From the NCBI RefSeq assembly GCF_009914755.1, contig NC_060941.1: a DNA stretch of 64,000 nucleotides; one strand, 5' to 3'. The position numbers were made by a program, and so were the translations under genes. Source of the DNA: the human T2T-CHM13v2.0 reference genome, Homo sapiens. The notes below the pieces were generated by a model, which worked only from the letters and a program-made list of their open reading frames with translations, was not told where the DNA came from and made no database searches. Of the stretch, positions 1-13,250 are shown in pieces (the first letter of the stretch is position 1; every line of letters begins with the position of its first letter).

Positions 1-3000
1 ATATTCAGACAAGGGATTTAAACCTCAGCAGCCTCAAAAACCTGAGGTTGTATGAGAAGAACCTAGTAAAGTGCTGCCTGTCCACCCTTTACACATGGGC
101 AATATATGTCCAGAAACCAAATGGTTTATTGTGCAGTGTTGTTCCAGTGGAATTACTGGAGGGACATCAGAATGACCTAATCCTTGAAGCATGTGCCAGT
201 TATCCCAGTGCTGCAAAGAGTTAAACCTGAAAGTGCTGCCTGTTCCCACTCGTTCACAATCCAGATTACCTAGAAAGATATTACCAGCTGAACTCCACAC
301 ATAGTATGATGGCTTCCTTTGAAGACTTGGGTCAGGTAAAGCTCAAAGTTAGCCTTAAGCAACTACTAAACGATGAAAGTCCCTAGTGTACTCTGAGACT
401 AAATCAGGTTGCCTTTAAAATTCTTCATCTTCAAAGACAACAGCTCTATCCTCTTTTTATAAATGTGAGGCCATGAGACAGCAAAGTGCTATTTCTACTG
501 GCATTAGTTCCACCTTATATATTAAAAAGATATTTGTTGTGCCCTAATCACTCTGGGTCCAAGATCATAAGGGACCTTGTTTCTTGGTGGGAGGCTATAG
601 TGTGAAAAGGTTACTTAGTCATCACTAGCCTCTAGCAATGCTGGAACACCACACATGGGGCTCCTCAAACAGGAAGTCAAAGCCAGTTCTGACCCCTGGA
701 TGAACTCTGCATTTTCGGGCAAGAGGCCTGATGAATCTCCAGGGACAGTGCTGCCCTGTGTCTCTGTGTCCATATGTATGTGTTTACTCCTCTGTGTGCA
801 TGTGTGGAGGTGGGTGGTACTGAAGGGAAGCAGGGTGTGAAGGTTCTGGATAATTATGAAAATTAGATCTTTTACAGCAGGCTTCAAGCTCAATTTGGGC
901 TGACAGCTCATGAACAGATCATCTGAAGTCTTAATAGGCCAATGCTAGTTCAATAGTTGTATGGTTAAATCATGCACATTTGTGCCTCAGCTGACACAAA
1001 AAGCAGACCCAGATGCCTCACATGGATCATGCAGATAAGTCTATATTTAATACTCTTCCTCTCTCGGGGAAGGCCTAACAAAGCAAAACAAAACAGATCT
1101 AAAACCATGCTTAAAACTTTCACCAGCCAAAGAAACATTCCAACATTCTTTTCACTATAAAACATCTAATAGTAGAAATGATACATGATTGATAAAGTGA
1201 TTCTAAATATACTTAATTCTGGTGTCTTTTCAAAATATTTCTGAACCCAGCAGTAACAGATATAATCTTCCAAACTGGGAGTTTTTTCCATTTTTAGTTA
1301 CCTGTCCCAAAAGCACTTATTCTCTTACTTTCCATTCTTTGCTGGTAGTTTTGTACAATGATGTCAAGATATCAAGGCTCCTGACACATCCTGAATTCTG
1401 AAAGAATGTGCTTCCTGAATATTCCTGATAATGGGCTTAGTATCAAAGGGGTTAATGAGGTTGAGTTAAGACAGCATTTCCTGCTTGAAGGAGAACTGAG
1501 TCCAACAACACTAGAAGCATTTTCTTATTATTTTTCTCTGCGTTTGCAGTAACTGCTTCTCCTGGAAGCTTTACCTGGGGGAAGGGATAAAGCAATATCA
1601 CTAACCTGCCTGGCATCTGGCTTCCAGCAGGGAAAGAGGCTCATCCACCTCACCCCTCGGGCTTCTTTAACTGAATTAGCTGTATTAAGTGCCTTGGTAG
1701 CCCAGGGAATGAACGTCGTTGATCAGTGTGCCTGGAAAGGCATGTTTTCAGGGTATAATTCTGCCGGAGGAGAATGGACTCCCCAGCACATGGGCCTAAA
1801 CTGCAGAGTAACAGAGCCCTAAATCTCCAGTTACAGATTTACAGCCTCCATTCTCCTTCTTTACTGCAAATACAATCCGGCAGTAATGGTCTAACACAGC
1901 AACACCATCACCAACTGGCTGATGGCTCGCATAAAAGTAATGTCAACCAAAAACTATGAGTTTATAAAAGGGAACAAACCCTCAACAGTGACAAGAACAT
2001 GAAACCCATTAACAATTTAAACACTCTCCATTTTTTATTTCCCACCTTGAAGCTATTATTGCTGATAGAAAGCTCCTCAGTGGAGTTAACCACTGCAAGG
2101 AAGGGTTAGGAAGCTAGCTTAACTCCTAAGACAAGGGGTTATGTGGTTTGAACCATTTGATGGTGTGGTTTGAACCTTTGTTAATAGGAAGGCCATTTGA
2201 TAACCTGTAGTGCAAAAGAAGGTCTTAGAATACTGTAAGTGTGATAGGATCTCCCCTAGTAGGTCTATCAAATTATTCTCAGGAACCACACTGAATAAAA
2301 ACGGTTAGAATTGGATTGGCTAGTCTATTGAATATGCCAAGACTTGAGCCTGTACTGTAAAAGGAATGGTAGAATATTTTTTGGAGAAAGTTCTGTAAAA
2401 ATCAAGAATCAACTCTTGGCATTATAACAATAAATGCTTATATGAAGTTTTATTTCTGTGATAGCTCTAACTCTTCGAAGGAACATTGCCACCACAATAT
2501 TTCCATTTTGCAAATTGACTATACCTGGACTGTGATGTAAAATGTAACTCGTCACACACTATTACCTTCCAGTCTTTAGGTAATCAGATACAAACATTAT
2601 AACTAATTTCTCAACTTAACTACAGGACTCTCCCATTTAAAACAAATATTACTGTGGAATTCTCTGGTGAAAAATGCTTGAGCAAGCCATCTCCCTCCCT
2701 GCCCTTTCAAATTCCCTGACTTCCCCTAGTAAAAATAAAAATAGGACTTTAAAGAGATATAATAAGCCCATGATTGGGTATTTTACCCCCAAAACAAAAC
2801 TTCTTCCCTTTGTTCTATAAATCAGACAAACCCAATGGCAATAAGAAAGTTGTTCTCTTTGTGGTTTTGAGCTTTTTGCATATGTAATTTGTCAAACAGT
2901 TCATCTTTTGGAAATAGGATCTTCACACTAAAAAGGAACAAAATCCTGTTTTTGCAAAGGGGAAAAAAAGGCCATGTTGAACATGGTAACATATATCCAT

Positions 3001-5029
3001 ACGAATAGTGCCAAAGAACTTAAAGTCCCTGATTTACATATATTGTGCTGATTGTTTGAGCATCAATATAAAAAATTTAATCTGTACTAATGGGCCTGGA
3101 GGAAGCGCAAATAAAACCGAGGAATAAGTACTTGTTTTGCAGTACAATGAATGCTATTAATATATATATAAAACAGGCTTCAGTGATGCATAAGCTATTG
3201 TATTCTAAAAATATTCCTACATTTTTGGCACTTTAAAAATGTATTACCTCACAAAGGACTATCAACCTATCTGCAGACTCTTAACCTGGGCTAGCATTAA
3301 GAAAGGAATCATTTCATTCTGCTTTTGTTACATGTACATAGATTTTGAACTAAGCAGATATGGCACCTGTTGGTTTTAAATGTCTCCTCCTCTAAGAAAA
3401 AGAAAGAAAAAAGTTCAGGAGAAGAAAAAGAAGAGATGTTAAATAAAAGACAAGAAACAAGGAACTAAGAGAATAAAATTATTTTCCCCACAGTGTGCAA
3501 TGAAATCAAGCTACACTAATTCTACTTATAATAATGTTAGAAAATGGTTAGCCTTAATGCCTGATAATGACCAGAGCTAATGTGGTTCTGCTTTCAGTGT
3601 GGATAATGTTTAAGGAAGTAGCAGAATGCATGGCAGCTTTCCTGGACTATACAGTCAACTCCAATGAAGCCTTTTCTCCAGCTTGAGTCATAACCATAAA
3701 TACTGCCCCATCCCCACATTCCAGTAACAAAGTCCTTCCTTCCTCCTTTGCCCCTAAACAAAGGGGACAACAGTGTGTTCGGTGGGAACATCTTGAAATA
3801 AGATAACACTCCCCAAATGGAAGGAAGTCACAGGGGAGATTGACGCCATAAAGGCAGTTCTATCCTATTGAAACGCCAGCAGATGGGGTCATAAACATTT
3901 CCTTCTCCCCTTGCTAACAGCCACCAAGTCAGCTTCATCTTTATCTTTATCTTTATCTTCCTGTCAGGTCATAAATACCTCTCACTCAAGCTTCACTCAC
4001 AGCTGGGCCATGCCAAGCAAGTTTACTTCCTGTTAAAGGTTCCTTTCAGCAAACATTAACAAATAGTTGGGGAAAGAAAACTGAAAATTCTGCTGATGAT
4101 ACACAGTTATAGTATTCCAAAGGAAGCTTGGAAACCTCAAAGAAAGGGTTTGGCCAGACTAAGAAATGACCAAACTGCCTAGCAAAAAGCATGGAGATCC
4201 ACTTAAAAGAAGATGCGTTCACAGGGAAAATGAGTCAAATAATTAGTTAAAACTTATATTTACATCCAAACAAAATAAAAGAGCTGAATAGTGTCATGGG
4301 CTTTCATTCTTTCTTCTAGAACCTCCAAATGATGCATGGATGCTTGCCATTTGTTCCTGAGTCTAAAACCTGGACCATAATCGTAGAAAATGAAAACAGA
4401 AGATTTCTAGGAGTAGTAACTCAATACAAAGTCATGCTTAGGCCAAAGGTTAGAGAAAGAACACACCCCTTTACTTTCAGAATTTTGGCTCATGAGGAAG
4501 GAGTAACCTGACTCTCTTTCCTTCCTGGGGAACAGTTTTACACTTGGGAAACCATCTGCCTGAAGTACTGCTGGCAGCTCCAAAATTATAGAATCTAAAA
4601 TGGTAGGAACCTGGAAAATAGTAGGTATCTTCCTCCTTGACTTGGCTGGAGCAGCTGCCCCTCTTGAATTTCTGGGATATAAGATTACAACCAAAAATGA
4701 CTGTAGTCTTTCTAAAACACAACCCACAATCTGATTTTTTTTTCTTTTTTCTTTTTGTAAAAGCATCATTTTAAGGAACACATTCTGACAAAATAGTTAA
4801 GTCTTTTAAAATTACGATAGTGACAGGTTGCTGTTGATTACGAGAAGTAGACTTTTGCTCCAACAGGGATTGTTTAAAAGTGCCTTTATTATGCTTTAGA
4901 ACGACTGATCCATACTGGCTTATTTCACTCAATCTTTCAATTTTTACATGTGCTTCTAGATAACATGTGACTTTAAAGAGAGAAAAATGAAGACAGCACT
5001 TACTATAATAAGTTTTCTATGGTAGTTAT

Positions 5030-5570
<541 letters not shown>

Positions 5571-5699
5571 AACACACATATAAAATGGAAGACTTAGGTA
5601 ATTTCATTATCCGTACTGTATCTAAAGCAAAGGATATTGGTTATATTCTTAAAAATCTTTAATTAAGCTGAATATTATACTTCAGACTAGCATTCAAAG

Positions 5700-6401
5700 G
5701 TTTCCAAAAATTAGGCTGGTTTACCTTTACTGTCTCCTCTCATCATCCTCCTACAATTAAGTAACCCTTGTTAGACCGGACTATTTGGTGTTTCCTGAAC
5801 ACATTCTACATTTCCCCACACCTACACCTTTGTGGGTATAGCCCCGTTGCCCTGGAGTTCACTATTCTCACTTCTATCTTCCCCTATCTCTACCTGTTAA
5901 AATCATAGCATAGCAGAGGTTCTCTCATTCAAACCATAAAGCTTTATTTTATTTTTTATTTTTATAGTCATCCTTCAAAGCCTGATTCAAATACGGTTCT
6001 TCATGGAGTTCTAGAGCTGGAAGAGCTTTAGAGACTAAATGATCTAATTTCTCCTTTTACTAAGGCATGCAGAGATTAAGTGATCTGCCCAAAGACATCA
6101 AGCTACAGCTTGGACCACATTTCAGGTCTCCTAACAGTGCAGAGATCTCTGAGAGTTAATCACCCAATCCTGCTGGTCTTTTTCATCACTCTAATCTAAA
6201 CTGACTGATCTCCTTGGAGCTGCTATGTACTTACAGTACTTATCACACAGCCTCTTGAATTTCAGTTACTTGGGTGCATAACTTATCTCCCACGTCATCT
6301 CTCATGTGCCTTTGACACCTCTGTCTATCCCTGGAATGCTTAGAACAGTCTTAACCAGAAGGCATTTAGTAAATATTTGTTGAATTAATGTATGAATGAA
6401 T
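5700..6401 (+). mobile_element. L2 LINE 3' fragments, with a minus-strand MIR at about 6010-6135
   Basis: L2 terminus 'agtaaatatttgttgaattaatgtatgaatgaatg'; MIR-like 'agagattaagtgatctgcccaaag'. Confidence 0.65.
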
Positions 6402-7314
6402 GTTAGAAAGAAGGAAATTAAACAACCTTTCCCATCCCCCTGACTCATACCTCTCGCAGTCTCAAAAGTTCTCTCTAACCCAACTATCTGAATTGAACCA
6501 TCAATTCTAGTGCACAATAAATAAATACCTCCACATCTGCAGAAAAGTGTCACTATACCTAATACATATACACAAATTCACTTACTTTACAAAAGTCTCT
6601 GTGTACTCACTGTGTGCATTTCACTTCCAAGTATGCACACAATTTACCAAAGAAGTAGGAGACCAAACCCTGCCTTCCTATTAGTCACATTCCATTGGGA
6701 AGACCTGTATACAGCACAACTAGACATCTATTAACTAAGCACCATGAAAGCATGGACATGATAACGAAGGCAAATAGCTAGAAAAAGGGATTCAGGGAGG
6801 CTAAAGAAGTAGTAGTTACAGAGGAAGCTGCCAATACTATGCAGCATATCTTATGCTGTCTCTTTTATGGGGCTGCAATTTGCAAGCTAAGCCCAATACA
6901 ATTTGTTTCCTTCTATCCAATACTTCTGATTTCTTTTCCTCTATCATTCATTTTCTTTACTCAATGATTTAAAGGTAACCGTCTTTTCCTACCTCACAAA
7001 AGTTTTAGTTGCTGACCAAAGTTTGACTAAATATCATTTCACGTATATTTTTCCAGTTGGAGATAGTAAGTCATAGTAACAATACATACACCACCTTTAA
7101 TTTTTCAAAGTGTTTATATATATATTTTTTCATCCTTTTTCCCCCAGTAAACTCAGCAGGGAGGTGTCAAGTGCAAACCGCATACTATAGATGCATACTC
7201 GATGCATAACAGCTACACTTTAATTTTGCAACACTGTTCTACTTCTTTCCTGGAATCTCTCTTCATGAATTTCCTGGAAAGAGGAAAGCAGAAGAAAGGC
7301 ATATCTCTATTACA

Positions 7315-7510
7315 ATGACCTGCTTATTTTCTTTATCACACTAATCACAATATGTAATTATTTTATTTATTGGTTTAATTCTTTATTGTCGGTCTCCCCA
7401 GTAGAATGTAAAACTCCTCAAGTTTACTCTCCTTAAATGTAAAACTCATCTATCTTATTCTTTCATTGTAGGCACTCAACAAGAAATTTCTGAATCGATG
7501 AATGAATGAT
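7315..7510 (+). mobile_element. L2 LINE 3' end
   Basis: 'tctccccagtagaatgtaaaactcc...ggcactcaacaagaaatttctgaatcgatgaatgaatga'. Confidence 0.7.
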
Positions 7511-7730
7511 CAACAACACTATTTCTATTAAGGCAAATAGGTCATGATAAAAGAGGCCAATGAACAGACCTCATAGTGTAGAACTGATTAGCTATATTTT
7601 TACCCATTTATTCTTCCAAGGATGGCCTGCGCAGGAACAGGTAGTCTTCTTAGTTTTTACTTTTGCCAATTCTTCACCAAGTAATTATTATTTTCTTTGT
7701 ATACGGTACTGTATGAAAAACTATAGGGGA

Positions 7731-8045
7731 GGATGGGCACAGGTGGCTCATGCTTGTAATCCTAGGACTTTGGGAAGCCGAGGCGGTTGGATCATCTGTG
7801 ATCAGCAGTTCGAGACCAGCCTGGCCAACATGGTGAAACTCAATTTCTACTAAAAATACAAAAAATAGCCGGGCATAGTGGCACGTGCCTGTAATCCCAG
7901 CTACTCATGAGGCTGAGGCAGAAGAATCGCGCGAACCCAGGAGGTGGATGTTGCAGTGGGCAGAGATTGCGCCGCTGCACTCCAGCCTGGAAGACAGGGC
8001 AAGACTCCGTCTCAAAAAAGAAAACAGAAACAAACAAACAAACAA
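7731..8045 (+). mobile_element. Alu (AluS-type)
   Basis: Full dimeric Alu, TSD aaa(c/t)t(a/g)tagggga. Confidence 0.96.
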
Positions 8046-8361
8046 ATTGTAGGGGATAAGAAATTTAAGACATAATCCTTGCCGCCAAGGAGCCTATGTG
8101 ATTACAGCAATACCATAGTAATATAAGACAGCAAATGACAAATGCAAAAAAAAATTATGCAGTCAACATGTGATATCAATCAACAAAGGGAGAAACTGCC
8201 TTAGATTGTGTGATCAGGAAGGGCTCCCTGGGAGTGGTGGTAGTATCTGAGTTCAAGATAAGTTTAATTTCTATCAATGAACAGGGTTTAATAGAGGGCC
8301 TTTAAAAAAAAATCATGTTATGTCTTAACATACCCCAAGTTTAGATAAGAACATTTAATTA

Positions 8362-8505
8362 GGCCGGCGCGGTGGCTCAAGCCAGTAATCCCAGCACTTT
8401 GGGAGGCCGAGGCGGGCGGATCACGAGGTCAGGAGATCGAGACCATCCTGGCTAACACGGTGAAACCCCGTCTCTACTAAAAACAAAACAAAAAAACAAA
8501 AAAAA
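8362..8505 (+). mobile_element. AluY-type left monomer only
   Basis: AluY diagnostics 'gagatcgagaccatcctggctaacacggtgaaacccc', CpGs intact, ends in A-rich run, flanked by 'catttaatta' on both sides. Confidence 0.92.
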
Positions 8506-8838
8506 CCCATTTAATTAAATAATATAAACACTTTGAGATCCTCTAATAGACAATAACTTGTCAATGCAAAATAGTTCTATTAGACTATTCAGGTGGCCTC
8601 CAAAGCAAGTTTTTAATGGCTTTATGTATGTTTAATCACACTCAGTTGGTCTAGCTTACTCAGCTTTAGTCCCATTAGAATTTAAAAGGTCAAGTTTCAA
8701 AAACCTAAAAAGGTGATTTAGAATAGAAATACCAGCTTAACCTTAGCTACGGCTAAACTAACATTATAATAGTATTGAAAATAGTACCTTATAGAAAATA
8801 CATGGACAAAAGAAGAATATTAAAACTTTACAATTCTT

Positions 8839-9130
8839 GGCTGGGCACAGTGCCTCACACCTGTAATTTCAGCACTTTGGGAGCTGAGGTGGGCAGATGG
8901 CTTGAGCCTAGGAGTTTGAGACCAGCCTGGGCAACATGATGAAACCCTGTCTCTACCAAAAATACAAAAAATTAGCTGGGCCTGGTGGCGTGTGCCTGTA
9001 GTCCTAGCTACTCGGGAGGCTGCGACAGGAGAATCATCTGAACCCCGGAAGTCGAGGCTGCTGTGAACCATGATCATGCCTCGGCACTCCAGGCAGAGCA
9101 AGACCTTGTCTTAAAAAAAAAACAAAACCC
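8839..9130 (+). mobile_element. Alu (AluJ-type)
   Basis: 'gcttgagcctaggagtttgagaccagcctgggcaacat' J diagnostics; TSD acaattctt. Confidence 0.93.
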
Positions 9131-9546
9131 GGAAGCCCCCCGCAAAAACCACTTCACAATTCTTTCCTAAGGTTATATTTTAAAAGTAGAATTTGAGTAA
9201 AATTTAAAATCACAATTGGAATTTTACTAAAAATTATGACTCACTGATAGCTTTTAATGCATATTGCCTATCTGGGAGGGCACAGAGGCCTTATAAGTGA
9301 GTGAGAAAGATGTAGACCTAACAGCACTGATAGGGAGCCATCTCTTGAAAATGACACAGATCTGTTACAGCTCAGAAGGGTAAGAGAGGAGTTTAGGAGC
9401 ATTTTCTAAAGCTTGCTGGTTGGAGCTGTTGCTTTCTGCCTGAAGCATCCTATCCAGTCTCTTACCCTCACTCATGCTGCCATTAAAATATCTCCTGCCT
9501 TTTCTCACATACTCATTCCTCAATTTCTTTCCCTAATATTTACATC

Positions 9547-10027
<481 letters not shown>

Positions 10028-10419
10028 ATAGATAGTTTTTTTAAGCTGCCCCTTTCATCAGTCGAAAGGTTAGAAATTAGTCTAAATATGCGATCTTCTC
10101 GTTTTTCTAAAAAAAAATAGTGTTTTGGCATTATTTAAAGTAATAATTCTTTATTTTTATAATCATCTCTGTTATATAACTCCATCTCTCAGGAATTATA
10201 GCTCCATTTCTGATATTTCCACACCTGCAGATATATAGAGGAGTAAAAAGTGGATTAAGAAATGTCACCATAAAGCAAGCAAAGTCCTGAGGGAGACAGT
10301 CAGGGAGACAAGTAACTTAATAAAAATGGAAGGTGCCAAATGGTAATAAAACCAAAATGGGAAATCATGAAAATAAAATAACTATGCATTAAAAATATAT
10401 TTGGGCCAGCTCCTCTGAA

Positions 10420-10700
10420 CTCGTGTTTTGTAATATTAACCATTTAAACCTGCTTAAAATGAGAGCTTTGAGTTCTCAAAATCCTTTAATTCGGTTAAAC
10501 ATCCGCTACCCTGAAAGGACTCCACAGCATCCCATAAAACATTATTTATATGTGTGCGTTAACTGCACGATACTGTAATTTCCAGAATAAATGCTGGGTG
10601 TAAATTGTTGTTTATGTTGGATCCTGACTGTCTTTACGAGAAACAAAGTGAAAACGGAATCTTCACAGCTTTATTTCTTCCGTTAAAGTCTATTCTGCAG
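10420..10700. promoter_or_regulatory. Candidate conserved enhancer (CpG-retaining unique block)
   Basis: About 8 CpGs in a non-repeat AT-rich block; motifs CCATAAA and TTTACGA (HOX/CDX-type) and TGTTTA (FOX-type). Confidence 0.35.
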
Positions 10701-12160
10701 CAGGAAACATGCCTAGTGGAGTTTCTTAATGAACACTTATAAAGACTGTTGGTTAAAACCAAGTATATAGAATCACCTCCAAATGTACACCCTCTTTTAT
10801 TCTACATTCTTTTCATTTAAATCAAGTTAAATTAAAGTGAAAGTAGCACCATTCACATTGTTATAGTTAAGGGTCTGTCAGCATTTTTATGCAAAGCCTT
10901 GTTGTCACAAGTTTATAACTTGAAAGGGACAAGAAAATGTTTTTTAAAAAGAACTTTAATACAGAGAAACTTGGCCTGGAAATGAATTGCTGTATTCATT
11001 TATCTTTAATGACTTTTTAAGGTCCATCTTGGGGCAAAAGATATAGATATCCTAGTGATTTAAAACATTTGGTTGGGATTTTCTTTGTTTTCCACCATAA
11101 TAGCTTTCAAAGGCATTTCAGCTATAAAATTGATTAAAACATGAAATTCTCTATGTGCATGAATTTTCTAAAGGACATTAAAGATTAGAAATTTCATGTA
11201 TCACCTCCTGACCTGCTGCCACACATTCAAAACACACAACAAAAATAATTACCTTTTCTTACAAATGAAAAATCAGGCATGGAGAAGTTACAAAGGTTTC
11301 AAAGTCGAATATGCATAGAACTACGTAAAATTTCAAAATTATCTTTTAAATTATTTCTCTGGACACTTGCTAATTATTTCTTCCCAAACACCATTGCTAA
11401 ATTCTAAACAAGAATAGATAGTCTTGTGATGCATGTATTAAGTATTCATTTAACATTTATTCTGGAAAAAAATAACTGCACAGATTTTAACGCTAAGAAT
11501 TTACTGTGCCTCTGCAGCAGCTGCTCTCACCTGATAAAATTGTGATGATTCTTTCTGAGCGATTATGACTTATCAGGTCAGTGACCAACAAACTATAAAA
11601 TAGATTCTAACAGCCCCCAAAGGGTTGGTATAGACTCTTGAGTAAATAATATATGTAAGCGAGAATGGGGCAGAGAGAGAGAGAGAGAGAAACACAAGGA
11701 GAGAGAGAAATAAAGAGAAGAGCACACACATGAGTGTTATAGGACAGGAAGACACAGTCCTTGATTTTAATCCCAGTTTTCTCACTCAGTAGCACTTCTT
11801 GAGACCAAAAGTCAGATAAAGAGATAGTACTGTTTTTAGCAAGAGAGAGGTCCCATAGCAGCTCTATAGAATTTTCTGGTATATGTTGTTTTGCGCTGGA
11901 TTTCATCCATGAACTTGTTACTTTGCCTGTACTTTACATATATATCTGAGAAGGCAACCAGTGACTTCTAGGAAAATCCTTAAAATGAACTCTAGAGAAG
12001 GAATATGAGGATAGTACATTCCATTTTAGTGTCTTGTTCTACTTAAGACCTTAATGAATAGAATTGCTATTCAGATAAGTTTACATTGGATTTAAAGGAA
12101 TTCAAGGAAACCTCAATAAAGGAATCAGACTGTGTGATAAAAATGGTCAAAGCTCTAAGC

Positions 12161-12162
<2 letters not shown>

Positions 12163-12212
<50 letters not shown>
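12163..12212. repeat. (GT)25 microsatellite
   Basis: Uninterrupted GT dinucleotide run. Confidence 0.98.
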
Positions 12213-12218
<6 letters not shown>

Positions 12219-12559
12219 TCATGTGTGTACAGATCCAGCTACTTACAACCACAGCCAATATGAGGGAGGAACTTTGATCTATATACTGTACTTAAGTCAA
12301 GTTTTCCTAATTGCATCAGCTTCCCTGGAGGTCTCTGCTGCTTTATTGCTGGAGTAGATGCTATAGAACTTCTCTCGGGTTTAATGGCATAGTAAGAGTT
12401 GTATTTGCTTTTCAGATTTTGAAAACTGGATACAAATTGTTGTCTAGGTTTTAAGACCACAGATTGAGTGACATCATTCTGGTCCCCAGTGGGAACATGT
12501 CACTGTGGTCCTCTGGTCACTCTTCACTTAAAGAACTGCAACATGAAGTAAGCATGATA

Positions 12560-13250
12560 GGTTTCAGGTTGTGAGCCATCCTAGCTCTTACTAAAGGGGG
12601 GCTGTCAATCTTTCTCTGGAGATTTGCAAGGTGGGAGTATAAAGAGAGGCTAAGGCTGAGGCAAGGATGAAATGGTTTCTACGAGTCCCCTCTAAGATTC
12701 CAGGGGGACACTTAGAAGTCTAACCCTTAAAACTTTGGATTCTTTTTTTCTGAGTCTTTTTCTGGGCCTTCAAGTTGTGGCAAGGCCTAGAATTAAGAAG
12801 CAAGGGGAAGGAGGGAGAAGGAAAGATAAATGTAAGAACAGAGATGGTTTTCCAGAGATGAGCATGGGATATTTGCCAAACAATCCACACTACTCTTGAC
12901 TCAAGACAGTGCTAGCAGTTTTATGAGCAATGGCTTCATTTCTCTCTAAAATTACACGTGGCATTTCTTGGTGTGATTTTATAGAGATATTATGGTTGTT
13001 GTTTTCTCCAAGGGAATCCAAATTAGGTACGGATTAGGATGGCTACAGGATACTTCTCTTAGGCATAGGTGCCGGACTCATCTCTCCCCACTGAACCTGG
13101 ACCCTGCTGTGTTCTGTAATAGACCTCTTCTTCTATACGACTGTGGAAGGGACCAGAGCCAATGCCACCTCATGCCTTCCTTATCTCTCTGAGAGATCAA
13201 GAGATGCTCTGGCTGCCACCAAGGGGAGGAAAGGACCAGAGTTCAGATAA
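12560..13250. mobile_element. Possible old LTR relic (family not assigned)
   Basis: GC-richer block with LTR-like texture in AT-rich surroundings; no diagnostic match recalled. Confidence 0.25.

Noticed and set aside
8362-8385. 'ggctcaagcc' start resembling macaque-lineage AluY subfamilies
   Set aside because: A single substitution; the companion 'gagacgggcgg' diagnostic is absent, so it cannot assign the species.
12067-12357. ORFs with CVCVCV/THTHTH runs
   Set aside because: Translations of the (GT)25 microsatellite.
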